Assembly: GCA_039815945.1 (NCBI GenBank)
Contig: JBCBYI010000002.1
Coordinates: forward strand, 1-44,643
From: Actinomycetota bacterium
GTDB lineage: Bacteria > Actinomycetota > Acidimicrobiia > Acidimicrobiales > Aldehydirespiratoraceae
DNA: 44,643 nt
Direction: 5' to 3'
The notes under the pieces were generated by a model. The model did no database searches. It was not told the DNA's origin and was given only the letters and a program-made list of their open reading frames with translations. A program made the position numbers and the translations under genes. Below, piece after piece: positions 21,972 to 29,274 of this stretch. Position 1 is the first letter of the stretch. Each line of letters starts with the position of its first letter.

Positions 21972-22775
21972 CTAGCGGGCGACCCGCAGGAGGACTTCCT
22001 GGGTGACTGTGGCGACATGGGTGCCGTCGGGGTTCCAGAGTTCACCGGTCGAGTGGCCACGTCCGCCCCGCACGCCGCTGGAGCGAAAATCGTGGAGGGT
22101 CCAGTCGGTCGCCGGCTTCAGGTTGTGGAACCAGACCGCGTGGTCGAGGCTCGCCCCGAAGAATGGCCGCACGACATCGGGATCGTCGTAGTCGGGCGAC
22201 TCGATCGGATGGGCGTGCTCGACCGCCTCGGTCGGCAGGTCGTCGCTCGTGTACGTGTGGGCGACGGCGTGCATCAGCGCCGTGTCGGCGTAGGGCTCGG
22301 TGATGCGGATCCACGTGCGAGCGTCGGGCGCGACGGATCCGGTGCCGCTGCGCTCGATGATCGGCTCGATCCACGAATCCATCTCGATCGTGTCGGGCTC
22401 GGCGACCTCGGGCATCTCGATGCGCTGGGCCTCCGGCTCGTCCTCGACCCGCTGGAACGAGGCCGACAGGTTGAGGATGACCCCGTGGGACTGGCGGGCG
22501 AGCACGCGACGGGTGACGAACGAATTGCCGTCGCGGATCCGGTCGACCTCGAACTCGATGGGTTCGTCGTAGTTCCCGATGCGGACGAAGTAGGCGTGCA
22601 GCGAGTGGGGTGCGTAGACGGCGTCGGTGGTGAGGCCGGCCGCCAGCAGCCCCTGGGCCGCGACCTGCCCGCCATAGACCTGCCCCCACGGATACACGGC
22701 GCTGATGGCGGTGAAGGTGTCGTCGCCGGTCGGCTCGAGCGTGAAGAGTTCGTCGAAGGTGACCGTGGCAGCCAT
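21972..22775 (-). CDS. tesB: Acyl-CoA thioesterase II (TesB-like double hotdog)
   Basis: 267-aa ORF that aligns by eye with E. coli TesB. QVYGGQVAAQGL corresponds to QVFGGQVVGQAL, HSLHAYFVRIG to HSFHSYFLRPG, RDGNSFVTRRV to RDGNSFSARRV, and SLDHAVWFH to TIDHSMWFH. Confidence 0.9.
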   Translation of the reverse strand: MAATVTFDELFTLEPTGDDTFTAISAVYPWGQVYGGQVAAQGLLAAGLTTDAVYAPHSLHAYFVRIGNYDEPIEFEVDRIRDGNSFVTRRVLARQSHGVILNLSASFQRVEDEPEAQRIEMPEVAEPDTIEMDSWIEPIIERSGTGSVAPDARTWIRITEPYADTALMHAVAHTYTSDDLPTEAVEHAHPIESPDYDDPDVVRPFFGASLDHAVWFHNLKPATDWTLHDFRSSGVRGGRGHSTGELWNPDGTHVATVTQEVLLRVAR

Positions 22776-22839
22776 GGCGGCCGACCCTAGCCAGCTCGCT
22801 GGTTCGGATCACCACCGATCGACGTGCGACACTCCGACC

Positions 22840-23466
22840 ATGGCCTCGGATCGACACCAGCTGACCACCGTGATCGTCGGCGACGAACCGACCGCGTGGG
22901 CCGCGGCCGGGTTCACCGTGCGCGACAACCGGGTGCGGATCGGATCCACGACGATCGTCTGCGATCCGCTCGCCGATCCGGGCATCGCTGCGATCGCCGT
23001 CGAGGGACTCCACGATCGCGTCGACGGGCTCCCCGTCGCCGATCTCGACCATGCGCCATCGGAACCGGCCGAGCATCACAACCGGGTCACCGGCTTCGAT
23101 CACCTGGTGGTGATGTCGCCGGCGATCGACCGGACCGCCGATGCGTTGATCGACGCCGGACTCGAACGGCGCCGCACCCGCCGCTTCGAGATCGGTGGGG
23201 AGACCCGTCGCCAGGACTTCTTCTGGCTCGGCGACGTCATCCTCGAACTCGTCGGCGTCGACGGTGCGGTCGGCGACGGCGATGCGTCCCTCTGGGGCCT
23301 CGCGCTGGAGTGCGACGATCTCGACCTCGCTGCGAGTCGCCTCGGCATGGCACTCGGCAGCGTCACGGACGCGGTCCAGCCGGGGCGCCGGATCGCCACC
23401 GTTCGCACCCGCGATCTCGCCATATCGGTGCCCATCGCCTTGATGTCGCCCCACCCGCGCGGTTGA
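22840..23466 (+). CDS. Glyoxalase-like (VOC superfamily) domain protein
   Basis: ATG at 22840 (MASDRHQLTTVIVG). The FDHLVVMSPAIDRTADALIDAGLE ... FFWLGDVILELV pattern resembles the 'glyoxalase-like domain' family. The call is weak. Confidence 0.5.
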   Translation: MASDRHQLTTVIVGDEPTAWAAAGFTVRDNRVRIGSTTIVCDPLADPGIAAIAVEGLHDRVDGLPVADLDHAPSEPAEHHNRVTGFDHLVVMSPAIDRTADALIDAGLERRRTRRFEIGGETRRQDFFWLGDVILELVGVDGAVGDGDASLWGLALECDDLDLAASRLGMALGSVTDAVQPGRRIATVRTRDLAISVPIALMSPHPRG

Positions 23467-23504
23467 TCACCTCCGCACCGCCGCGGCCGTTACGCTCTCG
23501 GACC

Positions 23505-23867
23505 ATGCGGCGATCCCTGCTCCCCTTCGCGTTCGCGGCCCTGGCGGGCCTGACCGCTGCGTGCAGCAGCGACGAGGGTCCATCCCTCACCGACCCGGCC
23601 GACACGACGACCACGACGACCGAGTCCGAGACGACCACGACGGTCGCGGCGTCCGACGACGACACCGACACCAGCGGCGACGACACCGGCACCGACACGA
23701 CCACCACGACGGAGGCTGAGTCCGTCGAGGACACGACCACCACCACCGTCGCCGACACCACGACCACCGAGGCCACGACCGTCACCGAACCGGAACGGCT
23801 CGACCCCAACGATCCGAACTATCCGACGATCCCGCCGGCGACGACGGTCACCTATCCAGCGCCCTGA
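23505..23867 (+). CDS. Thr/Asp-rich secreted lipoprotein (mucin-like low-complexity)
   Basis: ATG at 23505. Lipobox: FAFAALAGLTAAC. About 80 residues follow that are dominated by T, D and E (ADTTTTTTESETTTTVAASDDDTDTSGDDTGTDTTTTTEAESVEDTTTTTVADTTTTE). Confidence 0.6.
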   Translation: MRRSLLPFAFAALAGLTAACSSDEGPSLTDPADTTTTTTESETTTTVAASDDDTDTSGDDTGTDTTTTTEAESVEDTTTTTVADTTTTEATTVTEPERLDPNDPNYPTIPPATTVTYPAP

Positions 23868-23924
23868 TCCGAACGGATCACCCGACCTGGGTCGAATGGC
23901 CCAGTTTTCGCTACAGATCGCCGT

Positions 23925-24290
23925 TCAGTCGCCCGAAGAACTCCCCGTCGAGTCGTGGGACTCGGGATCGGGAGCCCGACGATGGCGTACAGCGGACACA
24001 GCACGAGCGGTCACGGTGCCGTCCTCGACCATGTCGAGTACATCCGCATCGACGATGAGACTCATTACCTCGTCCTGAGCAGCCGGCCACAGGAGGCTGA
24101 GCCGCGGGTTGGCCTCCAACAGTGCGATCGATGTGCGGCCCAGGCCGAACGTCAGCGTGACCCCCACGAACGTTGGCGTGACGTGCGTGACGCGCGGCGC
24201 TCCGTCCGGGGCTGACACGACGGCATACGCGCTCGGGCCGTAGCCGTGGACCACCTCGGCGAGCGTCTCGACGGGCACCTGCATGCTCAT
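23925..24290 (-). CDS. Small PPOX-like (pyridoxamine 5'-phosphate oxidase / split-barrel) protein, tentative
   Basis: 121 codons from the ATG at 24288-24290 (MSMQVPVETLAEVVHGYGPSAYAVVSAPDGAPRVTHV ... IALLEANPRLSLLW). A TACCAT hexamer lies 6 nt upstream. The remainder of the 746-aa ORF (to 26165) is antisense shadow of the transglycosylase gene. Confidence 0.45.
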   Translation of the reverse strand: MSMQVPVETLAEVVHGYGPSAYAVVSAPDGAPRVTHVTPTFVGVTLTFGLGRTSIALLEANPRLSLLWPAAQDEVMSLIVDADVLDMVEDGTVTARAVSAVRHRRAPDPESHDSTGSSSGD

Positions 24291-24296
24291 GGGACG

Positions 24297-24302
24297 ATGG
24301 TA
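24297..24302 (-). promoter_or_regulatory. Putative -10 hexamer TACCAT (minus strand), 6 nt upstream of the ATG at 24290
   Basis: The minus strand reads ggtTACCATcgtcccATG. The geometry is leaderless-type and supports 24290 over 24317 as the start. Confidence 0.35.
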
Positions 24303-24359
24303 ACCGAACGCTTGCATCAGACCCGGTGGTGCCGATGGGACGCGACCGTGTGGAATCGG

Positions 24360-25880
24360 ATGTCGACTCGCCCCTCGTGGGGTTCGGGCCTGCTGCTCGT
24401 CCTCGGCGTGAGCCTCGTGGCCGCGCTGATGGGGACCGCTCGCGCCCAGGACGCGACCGACCCGTTCGCGGATCCGGTGTCGATCGATCTGCGAGACGGC
24501 GCTGAGATCGAAGCGGTGCTCGCGAGTGTCGGCCTCGACGCAGCGTGGCGTTCGGCGACCGGACTGCACGACGTAACCCGCGCCATGACCGTCGAATACG
24601 CGTCCGGCGCCGACGAACCCGTCGCCGACCTGTTGGCCCTCGTCAGCCGCATCCGGTCGACCGATGAGCAGCACGCCCGGGTGACGACTCGGCTGCGACG
24701 CGCCGCGATCGCCGTCACCGATGCCCAGGAGCTCGAGCGTCGCCACACGATCGAGCGCAACCACGCCGACGCCCACCTCCGTGGTTCGGTCGCGCTCGTG
24801 CAGTCGGTCGCGATCGACCTGTTCGCCGGCAACGGTGACCGTGACGACGAGCTGCTGGGCTCGGACGGTCAGGCGCTCGTGCGCGCGCAGCGGACCATGG
24901 AGATCCAGGGCCACACCCTCGAGGAGATGCTGGAACGACGCGATGCCGCCATCGCCGCACTCGACGCCGCCGAGGAGGCGCTGCGACTCGCCACCTTCGA
25001 ACGAGAGCGCCTCGAGATCAACCACGCGACGCTGCGCGACGAAGCGATGCTGCTCGTTCGCCGTCAGGCCGACCTCGAGGACCGAGCTCACGAGTTGCTC
25101 CCGGTGGCCGCCGATGCGTTCGTGCTCGCCGATGTCCCCCGGGCGACCCACCTGACCACGCGTGCGCTCGACGCCTACGTGCGCGCCGAGATCGTTCAGA
25201 CCGAGCTCACGCCGCGGTGCCGCATCTCCTGGCGAACCCTCGCGGCCGTCGGCCGGGTCGAGGGATCCCACGGAACCTACGGCGGCCGAGTGTTGGATCT
25301 CGCGGGACGGCCCGATGACGACATCGTCGGCCTGCCGCTCGACGGGCTGGCGGTCGACAACTTCGGCGACACCGTCGCCGCCATCCCCGACTCCGATGGC
25401 GGCCGCTACGACGGCGACACCGTGTTCGACCGAGCGGTCGGCCCGATGCAGTTCATCCCGCAGACGTGGGAGCGCTGGGGGGCCGACGCCGACGGCGACG
25501 GCGAGCGCGACCCGCAGGATCTCGACGACGCCGCCCTCGCCGCCGCCGGCTACCTGTGCAACTACGGCCCGCACAACGACTGGGAGAACTGGAAGAACGC
25601 GATCTTCGGGTACAACCACAGCGCCCACTACGTCGCGTCGGTGAAGTCGGCGTTCGACGACATGCAGCGGGTGGCGCTCCCCGAACTCGATGGTCTCGAG
25701 CTCTGGCCGTCGCGCCCGTGGGGCACCTACGTGCCCATGCCGCTCCCCGACCCGTGCGAGGGTCGCGAGGCCGGTGAGATCGTCGAGGTCATGGAGGTCG
25801 TGCACGAGTGCACCGGCCCGGTCGAAGATCTGCTCGCCGCCCCGACCGAGGTCCCGCCCGGCGATCAGCCCGAGGGCTGA
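24360..25880 (+). CDS. Secreted lytic murein transglycosylase (SLT_2/MltB-like domain) with a long N-terminal coiled-coil region
   Basis: ATG at 24360. Signal peptide: WGSGLLLVLGVSLVAALMGTARA. A ~250-aa helical region follows. The transglycosylase domain reads AAVGRVEGSHGTYGG ... VGPMQFIPQTWERWGADADGDGERDPQDLDDAALAAAGYLC ... GYNHSAHYV. Confidence 0.8.
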   Translation: MSTRPSWGSGLLLVLGVSLVAALMGTARAQDATDPFADPVSIDLRDGAEIEAVLASVGLDAAWRSATGLHDVTRAMTVEYASGADEPVADLLALVSRIRSTDEQHARVTTRLRRAAIAVTDAQELERRHTIERNHADAHLRGSVALVQSVAIDLFAGNGDRDDELLGSDGQALVRAQRTMEIQGHTLEEMLERRDAAIAALDAAEEALRLATFERERLEINHATLRDEAMLLVRRQADLEDRAHELLPVAADAFVLADVPRATHLTTRALDAYVRAEIVQTELTPRCRISWRTLAAVGRVEGSHGTYGGRVLDLAGRPDDDIVGLPLDGLAVDNFGDTVAAIPDSDGGRYDGDTVFDRAVGPMQFIPQTWERWGADADGDGERDPQDLDDAALAAAGYLCNYGPHNDWENWKNAIFGYNHSAHYVASVKSAFDDMQRVALPELDGLELWPSRPWGTYVPMPLPDPCEGREAGEIVEVMEVVHECTGPVEDLLAAPTEVPPGDQPEG

Positions 25881-27283
25881 TCGAGCGCGTCGACGAACGC
25901 GGCGACCACGACGTCGACGTCGTCGAGATCGGTCCGCCAGTTCGACACCGAGAGCCGGATGCCAGGTCGCCCCTGCCACACGGTGCCACTCGGGTAGCAC
26001 CGGCCGTCGGCGACGACGGCCGCGAGCACCGCCTCGGTGCGGCTCGAGTCGGGTGCTCCGGCCGGGTCGACGACCTCGACGACCACCTGATTGATGCCCT
26101 GCCCGCGGACCCGGAGACCCTCGACTCGAGCCAGTTCCGTGGCCAGCGCTTCGGCCGCGTCGCACGCGTCATCGACGAGCCGTTCGACCCCGACCCGGCC
26201 GAGTGAGCGCAGCGCGGCCCAGACCGGCACGCCGCGCGCTCGGCGGGAGAACTCCATGACCCGATCGGTCGGATCGTCGACGTCGCCCGCGGGCGGGAGG
26301 TAGGCGGCACGGACGCCGACCGCAGCCGCGAGCACCGTGCGGTCGGCGACGATCGAGATGCCGCAGTCGTACGGCGTGTTGAGCCACTTGTGGGCGTCGC
26401 AGGCCCACGAGTCGGCCCGCTCGGCACCGACGGTGAGGGAGCGACGCCGAGCCGACGCCCGAGCCCACAACCCGAACGCACCGTCGACGTGCAGCCACAC
26501 GTCGTCTCGATGCGCTCGCCGCTCGGCCACGGCATCGGCGACCGCTGCGAGCGGGTCGAACGCGCCCGCGTTCACGTTGCCGGCCTGGGCGTTGACGATG
26601 AGCGGACCGTCGTGCCCGAGGATCATCGTGCGTGCCGCATCGGCGTCCATCGCCCCGGTGTCGTCGCTCGGCACCCCGACGATCGCGTCGGTGCCGAGGC
26701 CGATCACCCGGGCCGATCGAGCGATCGAGGAGTGCTGCTCGCGGCTTCCGACGATCGTGATCGGGGGCCCGCCGACCAGCCCGGCGCGCTCGACGTCGAC
26801 ACCGTGGGCGGCGAGGACGTGATGGCGGGCGGCGAGCAGCGCGATCGTGTTGGCGCCCTGAGCACCGGTGGGGAATCCGACTGCGGCATCACGGGGGAGG
26901 TCGAGCAGATCGAGGATCCATCGGCCGGCGACCTGTTCGGCCGCGACCGGTGCGGGGCCGTGCTGGGCGAACGCCGCGTGCTGGTCCCAGGCGGAGACCA
27001 GCCAGTCGGCACCGAGCCCGGCCGGCAGGGTGCCGCCGTTGACGAGCGCGAAGTACCGGCCCGAGCCGAGGGCCGAGAGGCCGGGTTCGAGCCAGGCGGC
27101 GAGTTCCTCGACGGCGGTCTCCGGCGCCACGCCCTCGTCGGGCAGCCGATCGACCGGCGTGCCGGCCAGGACGGAGGCGGCGTCGACCGGCGGGCCGACG
27201 GGCCGGTCGTCGACCGACTCCAGCCAGGCGTGGGCGAGCGCAGCCGCCTGTTCGAGCACCGGTCGATGGTCGACGGGCTTCAT
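25865..27283 (-). CDS. Group II pyridoxal-phosphate-dependent decarboxylase-family protein
   Basis: ATG at 27281-27283 (MKPVDHRPVLEQAA), overlapping the ycaQ-like stop by 4 nt. PLP-Lys motif: SWACDAHKWLNTPYDCG. The length (472 aa) is typical of fold-type I enzymes. The substrate cannot be inferred. Confidence 0.8.
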   Translation of the reverse strand: MKPVDHRPVLEQAAALAHAWLESVDDRPVGPPVDAASVLAGTPVDRLPDEGVAPETAVEELAAWLEPGLSALGSGRYFALVNGGTLPAGLGADWLVSAWDQHAAFAQHGPAPVAAEQVAGRWILDLLDLPRDAAVGFPTGAQGANTIALLAARHHVLAAHGVDVERAGLVGGPPITIVGSREQHSSIARSARVIGLGTDAIVGVPSDDTGAMDADAARTMILGHDGPLIVNAQAGNVNAGAFDPLAAVADAVAERRAHRDDVWLHVDGAFGLWARASARRRSLTVGAERADSWACDAHKWLNTPYDCGISIVADRTVLAAAVGVRAAYLPPAGDVDDPTDRVMEFSRRARGVPVWAALRSLGRVGVERLVDDACDAAEALATELARVEGLRVRGQGINQVVVEVVDPAGAPDSSRTEAVLAAVVADGRCYPSGTVWQGRPGIRLSVSNWRTDLDDVDVVVAAFVDALDQPSG

Positions 27284-28488
27284 CGCGACGCGTCCTGGCG
27301 ATGCGCCAACAGACCGATCAGCTCGCCCTTGTCGCCCTCGACCCGCCAGCCGTCGACACCGACGAAGGCCGTGAGGTCGTCGAGGGCCCGGGCCAGCCCG
27401 TCGGCGGCCTCGACATGGTCGACACCGGCTTCGGCGAAGGCACCGAAGACCCGGAACACCCCCTCGGTGCGATCGGTCTTGGCGTCGAGGCGCCCGACGA
27501 TGCGATCGCCCATGAGGAACGGCAACACGTAGTAGCCGAACCTCCGCTTGGCCGCAGGCGTGTAGATCTCGATCTTGTACTCGAAGTCGAAGAGCCGCTC
27601 GCCTCGTTCCCGGAACCAGACCACCGGATCGAACGGGGACAGGAGTGCGCAGGCGTCGATCGCCCGGGGCAGCGAGGCGTCGGGATGCAGCAGTGCCGGC
27701 CGGTCCCATCCCTCGACCTCGACCGCTTCGAGCTCGCCCGCCTCGACGAGTTCAGCCACGCGTTCCTTGGCGGGACGCTTCGGAAGGCGGTGGTAGTCGA
27801 CGAGGTCGGGGGCGGCGGCGACGCCGAGGCTTCGGGCGGCCCGCCGGAGGAGCTCGCGGTGGGCCTCCTCCTCGCTCGGCGTGGGCACGGCTCGGATCTC
27901 CGCGGGCACGATCCGGTCCATCAGGTCGAACTCCTTGACGAAGCCCGGTCGGCGCCGGATGCCCACCTCGCCGACGCGGAACAGCCAGTCGAGCGCGGTC
28001 GACCCCTCGGACCGGTCGCCCCACCACTCGCCGTCGCGAGGGCGAGGGTCGGCGAGCTCGCCCGGGGCGAGGGGCCGCTCGCGGACCTGATCGAGCACCT
28101 CGTCGAGATATCCCTGGTTGGCGGCGGCGTACTCGACGAGCCCCTTCCACGTCTGACCCGAGGCGCAGCGGCTCTTGTGCCAGCGCATCAACGGCTCGTC
28201 CTCGATCGGCATGAGCGAGGCTTCGTGGCACCAGGTCTCGAACCACTCGTCGTCGCGGTAGGCGACCCGGTCGAGGAGATCAGGGTCGTAGGGGCCGAGT
28301 CGGGCGAACAGCGGCATGTACTGGGTGCGCATCACGACCGGCACCGAGTCGAGCTGCAGCAGACCGAGGCGGCCCATCACCCGTCGAAGGTGGCGGCGGT
28401 CGACCTTGCCGCCGGGGCGCGGGTCGCGGAAACCCTGGGCGGCGAGGGCGATGCGTCTCGCCTGCGAGGCCGACAGCGAGCGGGTCAC
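27280..28488 (-). CDS. ycaQ: YcaQ/AlkZ-family winged-helix DNA glycosylase (interstrand-crosslink unhooking family)
   Basis: 402-aa ORF. The N-terminus, LSASQARRIALAAQGF ... LGLLQLDSVPVV, carries the Q-phi-D catalytic motif of the YcaQ-like subgroup (Q45-L-D47, nt 28348-28356). Family-typical C-terminal segment: FGYYVLPFLMGDRIVGRLDAK. Confidence 0.82.
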   Translation of the reverse strand: MTRSLSASQARRIALAAQGFRDPRPGGKVDRRHLRRVMGRLGLLQLDSVPVVMRTQYMPLFARLGPYDPDLLDRVAYRDDEWFETWCHEASLMPIEDEPLMRWHKSRCASGQTWKGLVEYAAANQGYLDEVLDQVRERPLAPGELADPRPRDGEWWGDRSEGSTALDWLFRVGEVGIRRRPGFVKEFDLMDRIVPAEIRAVPTPSEEEAHRELLRRAARSLGVAAAPDLVDYHRLPKRPAKERVAELVEAGELEAVEVEGWDRPALLHPDASLPRAIDACALLSPFDPVVWFRERGERLFDFEYKIEIYTPAAKRRFGYYVLPFLMGDRIVGRLDAKTDRTEGVFRVFGAFAEAGVDHVEAADGLARALDDLTAFVGVDGWRVEGDKGELIGLLAHRQDASR

Positions 28489-29222
28489 GCTCCGAGGTGC
28501 GCCGCCAGGGCGTCGAGATCGGGCAGGCGCCAGTGGTCGTGATCGGCGTGGAGGTCGAGCGGATCGAGCTGCACGACGGGAAGGCCGGCGCGGCCGGCGC
28601 CGAGCACGTCGGCGTGCACGGTGTCGCCGACGTACAGGGTGCGGTCCCGGTCGGTGCCGAGGGCGTCGATCGCCGGTGCGAAGATCCCGGGATCGGGCTT
28701 GGCGATCCCGACCGTGGTCGAGTCGACGATCGCCGGCACGTGCGGGAGCGGCCCTCCCGGTTCGAGCTGGCAGATGCCGAAGTCACGACACTGGTTGATC
28801 GCGGTGCCGTCGTTGTTCGACACGATCGCCACCGGGACCGTCTCGCTGATGCGGTGGAAGGCGGCGATGTTGGCCTCGAGTCGGTGGTTCCAGGTCTTGA
28901 AGACCTTCGATCCGTCTCGCCGGGCCGCGCCGCGGATCGCCACCGCCCGGTCGAGTTCGTCGCCGTCGAGTCCGACGCAGCCGAAGGACTCCCGGTCGTA
29001 GTGGTTCCAGATGTCGAGGTCGTGCTCGGCGACGACCTGCGACGCCAACAGCTCGGTGATGCCGCGAATGCCGGCGTAGTGGGCGTCGGCGGCGAGCGCC
29101 GGGTCGATACTGACGTCGAGCCCGCCATCGCGCAGGATCCCGGAGATCACGACCGGGTTGGGGACGAGGAAGACACCGCCCATGTCGAAGACGACGGCGT
29201 CGATGTGCTCGGGGGAGACCAT
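28485..29222 (-). CDS. HAD-superfamily hydrolase
   Basis: ATG at 29220-29222 (MVSPEHIDAVVFDMGGV; the motif I DxD-type sequence is FDMGG). Motif II: AIVSNN. Motifs III/IV: KPDPGIF ... LYVGDTVHADVLGA. The ORF upstream of this ATG is shadow-like. Confidence 0.8.
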   Translation of the reverse strand: MVSPEHIDAVVFDMGGVFLVPNPVVISGILRDGGLDVSIDPALAADAHYAGIRGITELLASQVVAEHDLDIWNHYDRESFGCVGLDGDELDRAVAIRGAARRDGSKVFKTWNHRLEANIAAFHRISETVPVAIVSNNDGTAINQCRDFGICQLEPGGPLPHVPAIVDSTTVGIAKPDPGIFAPAIDALGTDRDRTLYVGDTVHADVLGAGRAGLPVVQLDPLDLHADHDHWRLPDLDALAAHLGA

Positions 29223-29262
29223 GGTCCGGAGTAGAGCACACCGACCGTCACCGTGCCGTCCA

Positions 29263-29268
29263 TAGACT
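29263..29268 (+). promoter_or_regulatory. Putative -10 hexamer TAGACT, 6 nt upstream of the ATG at 29275 (leaderless-type arrangement)
   Basis: caTAGACTccgacgATG. No Shine-Dalgarno sequence is possible at this spacing. Confidence 0.4.
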
Positions 29269-29274
29269 CCGACG

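Noticed and set aside
23590-23790. A repetitive ACC/ACG/GAC-rich DNA stretch that could be mistaken for a tandem repeat or a CRISPR-like array.
   Set aside because: There are no regularly spaced identical repeats with unique spacers. The periodicity is 3 nt and in frame with a lipoprotein ORF, so this is low-complexity coding sequence (Thr/Asp runs).
23865-23880. A small palindrome, TGATCCG-AA-CGGATCA, that overlaps the stop codon of the Thr-rich lipoprotein gene.
   Set aside because: It has 7-bp arms with a 2-nt loop, which cannot form a stable RNA hairpin as drawn. It is short enough to be chance, and no second copy was seen in the window.
24291-26165. The upstream ~625 codons of the 746-aa minus-strand ORF 23925-26165.
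   Set aside because: Only the last 121 codons look like a real (PPOX-like) protein, and they are preceded by a TANNNT-N6-ATG arrangement. The rest is antisense to the lytic transglycosylase gene, whose plus-strand frame has a signal peptide and SLT_2 motifs.
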